DNA of 59,339 nt, the filler included. It is 9 parts of 9 records of this genome, joined end to end, with 100 filler letters (N's around TTAATTAATTAA, not from the genome) between each part and the next. Parts side by side here need not be neighbours in the genome. Positions count along the whole stretch, not along the records: positions 46,814 to 53,762 come from SRR31156797_101663; positions 53,863 to 59,339 come from SRR31156797_101775; 7 more parts are not named here. One strand, 5' to 3'. Below are positions 49,457 to 59,324 of the stretch, piece after piece (position 1 is the stretch's first letter; every line of letters begins with the position of its first letter). A model generated the notes under the pieces. The model made no database searches, was not told where the DNA came from, and saw only the letters and a list, made by a program, of their open reading frames with translations. The translations under genes were made by a program, and so were the position numbers.

Positions 49457-50041
49457 TCATGCGTCCCCGGGGGGCTCTTTGGCGAGTCTTTTTTTGTACC
49501 ACTCCTTGTCTCCGTAGAGTTTCCCCATGCACTCATGGCACAGGCTGTGGCTGAACAGAATCTGTGAATGGGCCTCGATATAGGACTCTATCTGCTCCCA
49601 GAACCCGGCATCGTTCCGGATGCGCTTGCAGCTTGAGCAGATGGGGAGCAGGCCCCTCAGCACCTTCATCTCCACATGGGTGCGGACCCGTGCCAGGAGC
49701 TCGGCGGAATTGAACGGTTTGAGCACATAATCCACCCCGCCCGCTTCAAACCCTTTGACAATATCCTCTGTTTCCGTTTTGGCCGTGAGAAAAATCACGG
49801 GAATGTGCCGGGTGCCCAGGTTGGCTTTGATCTCTTCACACACCCCATACCCGTCCATGCCGGGCATCATGATGTCCAGCAGAACGAGATCGGGCTGGTT
49901 TTTTTTCAAAAAGGTCAATGCCTGGATGCCATCCTGGGCAACGCCCACCTCATAGCCGTTTTCCGAAAGCAGCTTGCCGAGGAACTGAAGGTTCTGGGGG
50001 TTGTCGTCAACCGCCAGTACAAGGGGTTTTTTGTTGTTCAT
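49457..50041 (-). CDS. Response regulator (REC + C-terminal Cys-rich ICxxCK..W..SHxxCxxC domain)
   Basis: VDDN..LLDIMMP..FLTAK..DYVLKPF, then LPICSSCKRIRN..WEQIESYI..FSHSLCHEC. Confidence 0.9.
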   Translation of the reverse strand: MNNKKPLVLAVDDNPQNLQFLGKLLSENGYEVGVAQDGIQALTFLKKNQPDLVLLDIMMPGMDGYGVCEEIKANLGTRHIPVIFLTAKTETEDIVKGFEAGGVDYVLKPFNSAELLARVRTHVEMKVLRGLLPICSSCKRIRNDAGFWEQIESYIEAHSQILFSHSLCHECMGKLYGDKEWYKKRLAKEPPGDA

Positions 50042-50058
50042 ACAATATCTCCATTGGG

Positions 50059-53000
50059 TTATGTACCAGTGATCTCTTCTTCTGCCGGCAGCCGGCTTGA
50101 CAGGGCCTGGATGATCTCCGGAAAGCTTTTCAGTGTGGAAGAGAGCGCTTCAATGTTAAAGGCCCTGGCCTGCTCCATGAGCATTTTTCCCCAGCGGTCA
50201 AGGGTCTCATTGTGATGCTCCTTGCCCAGCTGTTCGATGGTCAGGGCAAAGTTGTGGATGTCGTCGATGATCATGGCATCGCAGAGATCCGTCCAGGTTT
50301 CTTCCCTGATCGCTTCCAGGGTGGTAACCAGGGAGGAAAGCTGCCGGATCGATTCCGCAGACAAGGGGTGTATGGTGTCGGCCTGAGCCGGGGGGATTGC
50401 CGGCCAGGGCGGACCGGGCACGGCATGGGGGCGGCCGGGGGGCTTGAAGACACTTGCGGCCGACGCGGTTTTGACTCCCCGGATGATGACGGTAAATGTG
50501 GTGCCCTGTCCTGGGGTCGATGTCACGGAGATGGCGCCGTTCATCATCTCCACCAGCCGTTTGGTGATGGCAAGCCCCAGGCCGGTGCCGCCGTAGCGGC
50601 TCTGGTCCTGGCCCTTTTGCTGATTGAATACCCCGAATATCGCTTCTGTTTGGTTGGGGGCAATGCCCATGCCCGTATCTGCCACCGTGATCATGAGGTC
50701 GGATGCCTCCCCTTCCCCGGGGGGCGCCAGGAACCGGGTGGAAAGCAGGACATGGCCATGGTCGGTGAACTTGATGGCATTGCCGACAATGTTGAGCAGC
50801 ACCTGCCGCAGGCGGGTTTCATCCAGGATGATGTATTGGGGAAGGGCCGGAGGCAGGTCAAGGATGAGCTTCAATCGCTTTTGTTCGATTTTTTTGGTAA
50901 AGATCTGCTCGATCTCGTTTAATAGGTTTTCCAGGTCAAAGGGGTTGTATTCGATGCGCAGCTTGCCCGCTTCCACCTTGGAGATGTCCAGAATATCGTT
51001 GAGCAGGGTCAACAGGGCCCTGCCGCTGGAGCGGATGGTTGCGATATGGTCCTTGTGGCGGCTGTCGAGGAGTTCTTTTTCCAGGGGCTCGGAAAATCCC
51101 ATGATCAGGTTCAGGGGGGTGCGTATCTCATGGCTCATATTGGCCAGGAACTCGCTTTTTGCGCGGTTGGCCGCCTCTGCTTTTTCCTTGGCGATCTTCA
51201 GTTCCCGTGTGCGCTCGTTCACGGTTTTTTCAAGGGTGTCCCGGCTCTGCCTTAGCTTAAGCTCCACCGTTACCTGCTTTTCCATGAGCTTTTTTCGCAT
51301 TGAATCGATCTGGCGAAGCTTCTGGGAAAATCGTCTTTCCTCCATGAGCTTTTTTTTGTAGGCCGCGGTGTTGTACAGCCAGATAACGGTCAGGATGACG
51401 GTGGTGAAGAGCAGGTAGAGGAGCCAGGCCCACCAGCGTTTCCAGGGCGGGGCGTCCACCCGTACGGTGATGGCACGGCCCCGGGTGTTCCACACCCCGT
51501 CGTTGTTGGACCCGAACAGCCTCAGGACATATTCTCCGCCGGGGAGGTTGGTGTAATTGCCGTACCGTCTTGTCCCCGTGTGGTTCCATTCGGTTTCAAA
51601 CCCTTCGAGGAAATAGGCGTAGCGGTTCTTTTCCGGCTGGGTATAGCTGAGGGCGACAAATTCAAATTCAAAGGAATTTTTCTGCCAGGGAAGATGGATG
51701 GTGTCGATCCGCTCCGGGGAGATGCCCGGGTTGAGAGCCTTGTCTCCCTGGCGGATGGCGCTCAATGCAATGGGCGGTATGAATTCGTTGGTGTGGATCG
51801 CTTCGGGAAAAAAACTGTTGACCCCGTTCAATCCGGCAAACCACATCTCTCCGTCCCGGGTTTTGACGGCACTGGTGGCATAGATACTGAACTCGTCCCC
51901 CTGGAGGCCGTCTGCTTTGGTGTAGATCCTTGTCACCCGTTCTTCTGCGATGTTGAATTGGATGATGCCGGCATCGGATCCCATCCACAGGTTGCCGTTT
52001 GCGTCTTCGAGCAGGGCCCGCAGGTCCCTGGTGGTGAAGCCCTGGGCTTGGGTATAGCGCTTGAAGGTGCCCCGCTCTTTGTCAAACCGGTTCAGCCCTC
52101 CGTCTCCTGTGGTAACCCAGAAGTTGCCGGCACGGTCCACATGACAGTCATTGACCGTGTTGCCGCTGATGGAGACAGGATCGTCCGGATCCATCCGGTG
52201 ATGCCTGAACCCGCCGGTTTCCCGGATGAACCGGTCCAGGCCACCGCCCTGGGTCGGGACCCACAGGATCCCGTCGTCATCCTGGAAGAGATTGACGATG
52301 TTGTTGATGCTGATGGAGTCGGGATTACGGGGATCGTTTTTGAACTGTTTGAATGCTTTGGTTTTTCTGTTGAATTGAAACAGGCCGTTGCCCTCGGTGC
52401 CAAACCAGAGAATATCGGGAGCCAGGCGGTCCTCCACCATGCCCCTTGCGGCCACAGGGGCAACCGGGTTTTGATATTGCTCCTTGAAGCGTCCCGTGGC
52501 CGGATCAAAGATGCCGTGGATGCCGTTGTTCATGGAGATCCACAGGTTGTTGGCACTGTCCTCCATGATGGAGAAGACATAATTGTCTGAGATTCCCAGG
52601 GGATTGGCCGGGTCCCGTTGAAACGCCGTGAACCTGCCGGTCTTTCGGTCAAACCGGTTGAGCCCGCCCAGTTGGGTGCCCAGCCAGATGTTGCCCTGGC
52701 TGTCCTCTGTGATGGAGGGAACCACATTGGAGCTGAGGCTGGCCTTGATATCCGGATTGTGCTGATAGAGCTCAAACGGTTTCATGTTCGGGTCATACTT
52801 GTCGATGGCGCCGGTATTTTCAACGATCCACAGGATGCCTGCCCGGTCAACGCAGCAGCCCATGACGATGTTGCCGCTGATGGTGTCCGGGTCATGGTGA
52901 GCGTGGGTGTATCGGGTGAACCGGCCCGAGGTTTTGTCAAATTTCTCAAGGCCCACGGCCACGGAATAGGAGCGGCCGAGCCATAGATTGCCTTCATGAT

Positions 53001-53760
53001 CCTCGGTGATGGAGTAGACCTCGTCATGGGCAAGGCTGTGGGGATCATCCGGGTCGTGCCGGTAATGGGTAAAACGGCCTGTGGTCCTGTCCAGCCGGTT
53101 GAGTCCCCCCTGGCCCGTTCCGATCCACAGGATGCCCTCCATGTCCTCTTCAATGGCATATACAATGCCTTTCCCAAGGCTGTCGGGATTGGCGGGATCG
53201 TGGACAAAGTGGGTGAATTTTCCCGTTTGCTTGTCAAAACAGTCAAGGCCTGCATCGGTGCCGATCCAGAGCATGCCCCGGCTGTCCACCATGAGGGTCC
53301 ACACGGAGTCATGGCCCAGGGAATCCGGGTTTTCAGGATCGTGCCGGTACCCGGAAAAACGGGCGGTGCGTTTGTCAAAGCTGTTGATCCCGGCCTGGGT
53401 CCCCAGCCAGATCAATCCCTCCTTGTCCTGGGTGATGGTTCTTGGCGCCCAGTTGAACTGGTCGCAGTTGATGGTGTTGGGATCATGGGGATCACTCTTG
53501 TAATAGGAAAAGGTGCCGCTCTTCTTGTCAAACACATTGAGCCCGCCACCGATGGTCCCCATCCACAACAGGCCTTCATCATCCTCAAATACGGCCGGCG
53601 AATAGGCGGTTAAAGCGCCCGGTTTCACCTGGTATACCTTTGTGCCATAGCCGTCATACCTGACAACCCCTTTGGCCGTTCCCACCCAGAGATAACCGTC
53701 CCTGTCCTGGATCATGCTGTTGTTGTAAGCATTGGTGTTGAACGCACGCTGGAATTTGAG
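50059..53760 (-). CDS. Sensor histidine kinase with beta-propeller/Y_Y_Y periplasmic sensor (5' truncated)
   Basis: Many DxxGxLWxGTxxGGLNRFD repeats, YTNLPGGEY, one [38 protein letters not shown]. Confidence 0.92.
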   Translation of the reverse strand, partial: LKFQRAFNTNAYNNSMIQDRDGYLWVGTAKGVVRYDGYGTKVYQVKPGALTAYSPAVFEDDEGLLWMGTIGGGLNVFDKKSGTFSYYKSDPHDPNTINCDQFNWAPRTITQDKEGLIWLGTQAGINSFDKRTARFSGYRHDPENPDSLGHDSVWTLMVDSRGMLWIGTDAGLDCFDKQTGKFTHFVHDPANPDSLGKGIVYAIEEDMEGILWIGTGQGGLNRLDRTTGRFTHYRHDPDDPHSLAHDEVYSITEDHEGNLWLGRSYSVAVGLEKFDKTSGRFTRYTHAHHDPDTISGNIVMGCCVDRAGILWIVENTGAIDKYDPNMKPFELYQHNPDIKASLSSNVVPSITEDSQGNIWLGTQLGGLNRFDRKTGRFTAFQRDPANPLGISDNYVFSIMEDSANNLWISMNNGIHGIFDPATGRFKEQYQNPVAPVAARGMVEDRLAPDILWFGTEGNGLFQFNRKTKAFKQFKNDPRNPDSISINNIVNLFQDDDGILWVPTQGGGLDRFIRETGGFRHHRMDPDDPVSISGNTVNDCHVDRAGNFWVTTGDGGLNRFDKERGTFKRYTQAQGFTTRDLRALLEDANGNLWMGSDAGIIQFNIAEERVTRIYTKADGLQGDEFSIYATSAVKTRDGEMWFAGLNGVNSFFPEAIHTNEFIPPIALSAIRQGDKALNPGISPERIDTIHLPWQKNSFEFEFVALSYTQPEKNRYAYFLEGFETEWNHTGTRRYGNYTNLPGGEYVLRLFGSNNDGVWNTRGRAITVRVDAPPWKRWWAWLLYLLFTTVILTVIWLYNTAAYKKKLMEERRFSQKLRQIDSMRKKLMEKQVTVELKLRQSRDTLEKTVNERTRELKIAKEKAEAANRAKSEFLANMSHEIRTPLNLIMGFSEPLEKELLDSRHKDHIATIRSSGRALLTLLNDILDISKVEAGKLRIEYNPFDLENLLNEIEQIFTKKIEQKRLKLILDLPPALPQYIILDETRLRQVLLNIVGNAIKFTDHGHVLLSTRFLAPPGEGEASDLMITVADTGMGIAPNQTEAIFGVFNQQKGQDQSRYGGTGLGLAITKRLVEMMNGAISVTSTPGQGTTFTVIIRGVKTASAASVFKPPGRPHAVPGPPWPAIPPAQADTIHPLSAESIRQLSSLVTTLEAIREETWTDLCDAMIIDDIHNFALTIEQLGKEHHNETLDRWGKMLMEQARAFNIEALSSTLKSFPEIIQALSSRLPAEEEITGT

Positions 53761-53762
53761 AT

Positions 53763-53862
53763 NNNNNNNNNNNNNNNNNNNNNNNNNNNNNNNNNNNNNN
53801 NNNNNNTTAATTAATTAANNNNNNNNNNNNNNNNNNNNNNNNNNNNNNNNNNNNNNNNNNNN
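53763..53862. other. Artificial contig linker
   Basis: N-run + TTAATTAATTAA + N-run. Confidence 0.99.
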
Positions 53863-53907
53863 ATCATTCCTCTCCGAGATGACGACTTCAGCGACTTTTA
53901 ATCTCCG

Positions 53908-53929
53908 GCGCCCGGTTAACCCCGGGCGC
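53908..53929 (-). terminator. Stem-loop downstream of cobB
   Basis: GCGCCCGG-TTAACC-CCGGGCGC; no U-tract. Confidence 0.4.
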
Positions 53930-53959
53930 AGAAACAATATTCCAATTATAGTTGTTTTA

Positions 53960-54697
53960 TTAAAATCCCTGAATCAGGCGAGGCAGGATTTGCCCTGAAG
54001 GTCCGGATAGGAGCATGTCTGCTTCCCTGGAAAAAGGCGTGTCCTCGATGTTGATTTCTATTACAAAGGCGCCGGCCCGTTTTGCCTGCCAGGCCAGCGA
54101 AGCCGCGGGCTGGACCAGGGCCGATGTGCCTATAACCAGCATGACTTCAGCTTCCGCGGCAGCCCGGAAGGAAGCTTCCAATACATCCGCATCCAGAGAT
54201 TCGCCGAACCAAATTACGTCCGGCCGCAGCAGGCCCTGGCATTCAGGGCAATGCGGCGGAATCGGCAAGGGATGAATACGGTTCTCGCTTTTCCGGCCGC
54301 AGTCCAGGCAAAGCACCCGCCAGATTGAACCGTGGATTTCGTACACATTTCGGCTCCCGGCCAATCGGTGCAGGCCGTCTACATTCTGGGTGATGATGGA
54401 TAAACCCGGCTTGGCCTTTTCCAGCGCGACCAGGGCTTGGTGGCCAGGATTGGGAAGCTTTTTTGCGATCAGACCTCGCCGCCAGTCATACCATTCCCAG
54501 ACCAGTTGCGGATCGCGGTGAAAAGCCTCGGGCGTGGCCAGGTTTTCAGCCCGGTATTCTTTCCACAATCCTTCGGCGCCCCGAAACGTCGGGACCCCGC
54601 TTTCGGCCGAAACGCCCGCGCCGGTCAAAACCGCAATCCGTTCCGAAGCTCTAAGCCTCGCCCCGGCCCGTTCTATCGCTTCTGTATTTATGTTCAT
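53960..54697 (-). CDS. cobB: NAD-dependent protein deacylase (sirtuin, class III)
   Basis: TGAGVSAESGVPTFR, WYDWRR, TQNVDGLH, HGS, CxxC..CxxC, RPDVIWFGE, GTSALVQPAA. Confidence 0.93.
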   Translation of the reverse strand: MNINTEAIERAGARLRASERIAVLTGAGVSAESGVPTFRGAEGLWKEYRAENLATPEAFHRDPQLVWEWYDWRRGLIAKKLPNPGHQALVALEKAKPGLSIITQNVDGLHRLAGSRNVYEIHGSIWRVLCLDCGRKSENRIHPLPIPPHCPECQGLLRPDVIWFGESLDADVLEASFRAAAEAEVMLVIGTSALVQPAASLAWQAKRAGAFVIEINIEDTPFSREADMLLSGPSGQILPRLIQGF

Positions 54698-54713
54698 TTA
54701 CATCCTTTTTTTA

Positions 54714-55487
54714 TTAACGGGTGTCCGGATTTTGGCCCTCATGCCGGATAGTGGCCAGGCATAGAGTTTGGTTGCGGTCCTCAATATTGAGAGCCTGTTC
54801 CAACCCGGCCGCGTCCAGGTTGCAGTTAATGGCTTCCTTGGTCAGCCGGAGTCCAAGCGGGTTCTTGCGACACATTTTTGCGGCCATGTCCAGGGATTCG
54901 TCCATCAGTTTTTCGCGTTGGATGATCCGGCTTACCAAGCCAAGGTTCAAGGCGGTTTCCGAGTCCATGAAGTCGCCGGTCAGCAGGAATTCGTACGCCC
55001 GGCCCGCCCCGATAAGCCTGGGCAGAAAATAACTCGATCCCACGTCAGCCCCGCCCAGACCGATATTTATATAAGATGCTGAAAAACGCGCCTCGGGGCT
55101 GATCAGCCTCACGTCGCAGGCCAGGGCAAAACTCATGCCCAGGCCGGCGGCTGCGCCGTGGACGAGTCCTATGATAGGTTGGGGCGCTTGACGCATGGCT
55201 GAAAGCAACCTGGCTCCCCTTGACTGGGCGTCGTAGAAACCGGTTATATCCAGTCCGGCCATCTGGGTGAAGGCTTCCTTGATATCCAAACCGCCGCAAA
55301 ATCCCTTGTCGCCGGCCCCGGACAGAATGACGACCCTCGTTTCCGTATCATGCCGCCGGGCTGACCAAAAATCCTCGAGTTCGTTCAGCATGGTTTCGTT
55401 TACACTGTTTAGTTGTTGAGGGCGGTTCAATGTGAGTCGGCCAATATTGCCACTCGTTTCATAGATCAGGGTCTGGTAGTCGCTCAT
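54714..55487 (-). CDS. Enoyl-CoA hydratase/isomerase (crotonase) family protein
   Basis: LTLNRP..LN, GFCGGLD, PQPII..HGAAAGLG..ALACD, LPRLIG..RA.E..LTG. Confidence 0.9.
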   Translation of the reverse strand: MSDYQTLIYETSGNIGRLTLNRPQQLNSVNETMLNELEDFWSARRHDTETRVVILSGAGDKGFCGGLDIKEAFTQMAGLDITGFYDAQSRGARLLSAMRQAPQPIIGLVHGAAAGLGMSFALACDVRLISPEARFSASYINIGLGGADVGSSYFLPRLIGAGRAYEFLLTGDFMDSETALNLGLVSRIIQREKLMDESLDMAAKMCRKNPLGLRLTKEAINCNLDAAGLEQALNIEDRNQTLCLATIRHEGQNPDTR

Positions 55488-55948
55488 GTGATGATATCTC
55501 CCTTGGTTTTAAAATCAGATTATTGTTCGGTTTAATACGTCATTTCCTCCAGGTTGGCTTTCCGGCGCTGGTCTGCTCCTGTCAAATAATATATGGAACT
55601 GAGTCGTAAGGATTGCCGCTTCACTCCCGGAAAAGGTTTATGACCCGTAAAATTGTTTCAATCATACTAATCCACGGAATCATTCACGGTCAAACAGAAA
55701 CCCGAACATTGTGGAGAGATACAATTCGGCAGATCCATAATTTTTTATTTTATTATGGATACGGATAATAAAGCGTTATGGGTGAGGTTCAAGGTCTCCT
55801 GAAGGTTCCGCCGTTTGCCGCTCCGCTTGAAAAAGCCATGCCGGTAAAACATAATCTAATAATAATGCGGCCGCTAATCAGTAATAATTACTTGCCGCCG
55901 CTTCGTTTTTAATTCCCTATATCAGCAGCGGATGATTGGAGTCGGAAT

Positions 55949-57049
55949 ATGAAAAATGTAAAACTCATGCGAATATTATCGACATTGATATTGGGTACGG
56001 TTTTATTTGCAGCAGGAATCGCCGCTTTTACAGCCTGTTCCCCGGGTAAAAATAAAAACATGCAATCAAAACAGGAGGTTGTTCTCCGGAACAGGCTATC
56101 AATTGACGGGCATACACACTTGGTAAAGGCCAAAAAAGGCGACTTTGCCGGTTCGGCGGCAACCGCGCTTGAAATAATGGATAAAATGGGAATCGGCAAA
56201 ACCCTGGTCATGCCGTTCCCTTTTTCTCCCGGCATGCGCAGTGTTTATGAAGTCGATGATTATGCTTTTCAACAGGTCATGAAAAAACATCCGGATCGTT
56301 TTACCTTTCTCGGCGGAGGGGGAACCCTCAATATAATGATCCAGGAAGCAGTTCGGAAAGGGAGCCTCTCCGAAAATGATAAAAGAGAATTTGAGGAAAA
56401 AGCCCTGAAAATCATAGAAAGCGGAGCTGTCGGTTTTGGAGAGCTTGCCGCCGAGCACCTGTCCTTAAGAGCGGATCATCCCTATATGCATGCGCCTCCA
56501 GATCATCCACTGTTTCTTTTGCTGGCCGATATTGCCGCGAGTCATGATATGCCGGTCGACATACACATGGAGGCAATTCCCATGGACATGCCTTTGCTTC
56601 CGGGCCTTGAGTCGCCTCCCAATCCAAAAATAATAAAAGCCAATATCAAGGCCTTTGAGCGGCTCTTGATTCATAATCGCAAGGCAAAAATTATTTGGGC
56701 CCATGCCGGCTGGGACAATACCGGGTTCAGGACCATCAAGCTTATGAGAGGTATGTTTGAAAGGAATCCAAATCTCTACATGAGCCTGAAAATCAACAAG
56801 AGGCATGAAAAAGAAAGATCAAAAAAATCAACTTTCCCTCTCGATTCCAATCGCAATGTGAAACAGGAATGGCTTGATCTGTTAAATGATTATTCCGATC
56901 GGTTTTATTTCGGTTCGGATCTGAAATTTGGAAAGCCCGGCAAACTCAGGACCGCAGTAATGACCTTTCTAAACGGGCTTCCACAAGAATTGGCGCATAA
57001 GATCACATACGAAACCCCGCGCCGCCTGTTTAAGATTGATGGGCAATAA
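55949..57049 (+). CDS. Amidohydrolase-superfamily TIM-barrel protein, probably exported/lipoprotein
   Basis: Signal-like N-terminus with FTA-C; IDGHTH, GFGEL, DIHME, WAHAG, FGSD. Confidence 0.75.
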   Translation: MKNVKLMRILSTLILGTVLFAAGIAAFTACSPGKNKNMQSKQEVVLRNRLSIDGHTHLVKAKKGDFAGSAATALEIMDKMGIGKTLVMPFPFSPGMRSVYEVDDYAFQQVMKKHPDRFTFLGGGGTLNIMIQEAVRKGSLSENDKREFEEKALKIIESGAVGFGELAAEHLSLRADHPYMHAPPDHPLFLLLADIAASHDMPVDIHMEAIPMDMPLLPGLESPPNPKIIKANIKAFERLLIHNRKAKIIWAHAGWDNTGFRTIKLMRGMFERNPNLYMSLKINKRHEKERSKKSTFPLDSNRNVKQEWLDLLNDYSDRFYFGSDLKFGKPGKLRTAVMTFLNGLPQELAHKITYETPRRLFKIDGQ

Positions 57050-57244
57050 ATTCAGGATAGCGGCCTGTTATAGTGCTAAATAAAAATTCGGTCTCATTGG
57101 CGTGACTTTTTTTAAGGCCATTTGGTCTGAAAAACAGGAAAAAGCTGCTTATGGGGCGCTCCCCTGTGGGCGCCCGTCTTCTTATGGCAGTCGCTTTATT
57201 TCCACCTTGACGGCTTTATTCACCGGCAATTAGCGCATCGTAAT

Positions 57245-57279
57245 AAAAACGCCCCGGATTGTTTATGCAACCCGGGGCG
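57245..57279 (-). terminator. Rho-independent terminator of the corrinoid/methyltransferase operon
   Basis: CGCCCCGG..CCGGGGCG stem followed by TTTTT on the minus strand. Confidence 0.65.
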
Positions 57280-57332
57280 GATTCTCAAAAAAAAGGATTA
57301 AGCGTCGGCAAAAGCAAGTTTCGGCGTACCCT

Positions 57333-58379
57333 TTAAACCAGGGGGTAAACTCCGAATTCGTGAATCGCCTCCACCATGGCCTTGTAATTTTCGGGATTCA
57401 CGCCTGAATGAATGGAATTGCTGGATGTGCACACATAACCTCCGCCTGGACCGGCCTTGGCGATGCAATCCTTGACTTCATTACGAACTTCCTCAATTGT
57501 TCCTTCACAGAGCGTATAAGCGCAACTGACATTACCGCAAAGCGTGACCCTGTGCCCGTATTTTTGCTTTATCTCGCCCAGGTCCAATCCGGCCATGGGA
57601 TCGATGGGATGAATGCCGTCAATGCCCGTGTCCAGCATAATGTCGATAATGGGCATGATGTTGCCGTCGCTGTGTTTGAGCACCGGCAGTCCGTGGGCGT
57701 GCCCGAGTTCCACCATTTTCTTGAGCGGCGGGGTCAGGTATTTTTCAGTGTCCGCTGGAGAAACCATGGGCGCGGTGGTTGTGGCGAAGTCTCCTGAAAT
57801 GAATAATCCGTCCGCCCCGACTTCGATGCAGTTTTTTAAATATTTCAAATTGTATTCGAGCACTATTTCATTCACTCGAACAATCAGATCCGGATTCGTA
57901 ATCATGGCGGTGAAGTAGGGGACGTCCCCCAGGAGGCTCTCTCTGGCTATGTCAAACACGTCCGTGGCGTGGGCCACGATCGCGCGCTCCCCCTTGAAAC
58001 GCTTAACCCAGTTTTCGAGCCAGGTGTATCTTTCCGGCATGTCCGGATCGGGTTTCTGGAAGTTGTCCAGATCCTTTTCATTTAAAATAGCCGGCTTCAT
58101 AGGGCTGGGCTGGTCCGAGGTGAGACGCTGAAGCCCGCCCCAGATATCTTTCACAATTCCCTTGTCCGGATCGACAAAATCCCAGTTCCATCCCACCAGT
58201 TTGTCGTACCCAATGACAAAATCCAGATCCATCTTTTCGATAAAATCTTCATAGGTCCCGCCCGGAGCAATGGCCTGCCAAACTTTCGCATTATGAAGCT
58301 CCCCATGCGGCACGCGATCCGGCTCTCTCTCTCTTGTCAACACGGCTTTGGTCCGTTCCAGTCCGGTCATTTTCGACAT
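57333..58379 (-). CDS. Uroporphyrinogen decarboxylase-fold corrinoid methyltransferase family protein
   Basis: PDRVP, D.WG, GDFA..PMVSP, KHSDGN, HPIDP..MAGLDL, CGNV, GGGYV..SNSIH; downstream of the corrinoid protein. Confidence 0.82.
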   Translation of the reverse strand: MSKMTGLERTKAVLTREREPDRVPHGELHNAKVWQAIAPGGTYEDFIEKMDLDFVIGYDKLVGWNWDFVDPDKGIVKDIWGGLQRLTSDQPSPMKPAILNEKDLDNFQKPDPDMPERYTWLENWVKRFKGERAIVAHATDVFDIARESLLGDVPYFTAMITNPDLIVRVNEIVLEYNLKYLKNCIEVGADGLFISGDFATTTAPMVSPADTEKYLTPPLKKMVELGHAHGLPVLKHSDGNIMPIIDIMLDTGIDGIHPIDPMAGLDLGEIKQKYGHRVTLCGNVSCAYTLCEGTIEEVRNEVKDCIAKAGPGGGYVCTSSNSIHSGVNPENYKAMVEAIHEFGVYPLV

Positions 58380-58390
58380 ATAAAGCCTCC

Positions 58391-59038
58391 TTATTCCGAC
58401 CTGGCCGCCTTGAGCAGCTCGCCGGCTTTGGATACGGCGTCCCAGGCGTCCCGCCCGAAAGCGTCAGCGCCGATTTTATCCGCGAATTCCTGGGTTAAAG
58501 GAGCTCCGCCGATCATCAGCCTGGTCCTTTCCCTTAATCCTTCGTCCTCCAGGGCCTTTACCGTCTCTTCCATGGCCGGCATGGTCATGGTCAGCAAGGC
58601 TGAAAGACCCACTACGTCATAATTGCCTTCTGAAACAAGTTGACAGAATTTTTCAGAATCAACATCCACGCCTGCATCATCAACCTGCCAGCCGTTGCAC
58701 TTTAAAAGCATGGCCACAATGTTCTTGCCGATGTCGTGAATGTCGCCCTTGACCGTGCCGATCAGAAAACGTCCGGCGGAGCTTTCTTCGTTTGCTTCCA
58801 CAAACGGCTCCAGGTAATCCACGGCCTGCTGCACGCTCTGTCCGGCCACCAGCAATTCCGGGAGATAATAGGTTCCGGCCGCGAATTTCTCACCGACTTC
58901 ACGAATTCCCAGGATTAAAGCGTTCTGGATGATTTGGGCCGGCGGGACGCCCTGTTCGCGTGCGTCGCGGGTGAGTTTGTTGACTTCATCCATCTTGAGG
59001 CCCATGACAGCCTCTTGTAAATCCTTTAACACTTGCAT
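58391..59038 (-). CDS. Methyltransferase-associated corrinoid protein
   Basis: Cap domain plus GTVKGDIHDIGKNIV, GLSALLT, MIGGAP (DxHxxG B12 motif). AAGGAGG RBS. Confidence 0.93.
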   Translation of the reverse strand: MQVLKDLQEAVMGLKMDEVNKLTRDAREQGVPPAQIIQNALILGIREVGEKFAAGTYYLPELLVAGQSVQQAVDYLEPFVEANEESSAGRFLIGTVKGDIHDIGKNIVAMLLKCNGWQVDDAGVDVDSEKFCQLVSEGNYDVVGLSALLTMTMPAMEETVKALEDEGLRERTRLMIGGAPLTQEFADKIGADAFGRDAWDAVSKAGELLKAARSE

Positions 59039-59121
59039 GTGCGCCTCCTTTGGCTCGGCTGCCCGTATCTACCGGGCGGCGCGTGGTAAGCTGAATCAAC
59101 GGCTCGGCCTATAAAATCAAA

Positions 59122-59168
59122 AACCGAACAGTTGGTATGTAATAGCATTGCAAGTGAAAAAGTGTCAA
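59122..59168 (-). promoter_or_regulatory. Promoter and candidate operator of the corrinoid operon
   Basis: Minus-strand TTGACA-N18-TATTAC with TG extension, followed by the imperfect palindrome ACCAACTGTTCGGT. Confidence 0.4.
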
Positions 59169-59324
59169 GAAGTTTATTGCTATGCGCAACTATTTCATAT
59201 TAACCGGATAAATTGAGGTCGAACCGGTGATAAACGGCGCCATACTGTGAAATTTTCCCGGGCAGTGGATCTGCTGCCGGCATGTCCCGGAATTATTATA
59301 TAAAAGAAGTATAATAATCTTATG

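Noticed and set aside
11483..53862. Recurring TTAATTAATTAA within N-runs as a biological repeat or CRISPR
   Set aside because: Identical 100-nt artificial spacers with six-frame stops; flanking genes are truncated.
57150..57176. Degenerate REP-like GGGGCGCTCCCCTGTGGGCGCCC
   Set aside because: Single imperfect copy without the GTAG foot; could be a simple hairpin.
57333..59038. Pyrrolysine amber read-through in the methyltransferase genes
   Set aside because: Both ORFs are full length, end in TAA, and are not MttB/MtmB/MtbB family.
59039..59324. Cobalamin riboswitch upstream of the corrinoid gene
   Set aside because: No AGGGAA / GCCACTG B12-box arrangement was found on the coding strand.
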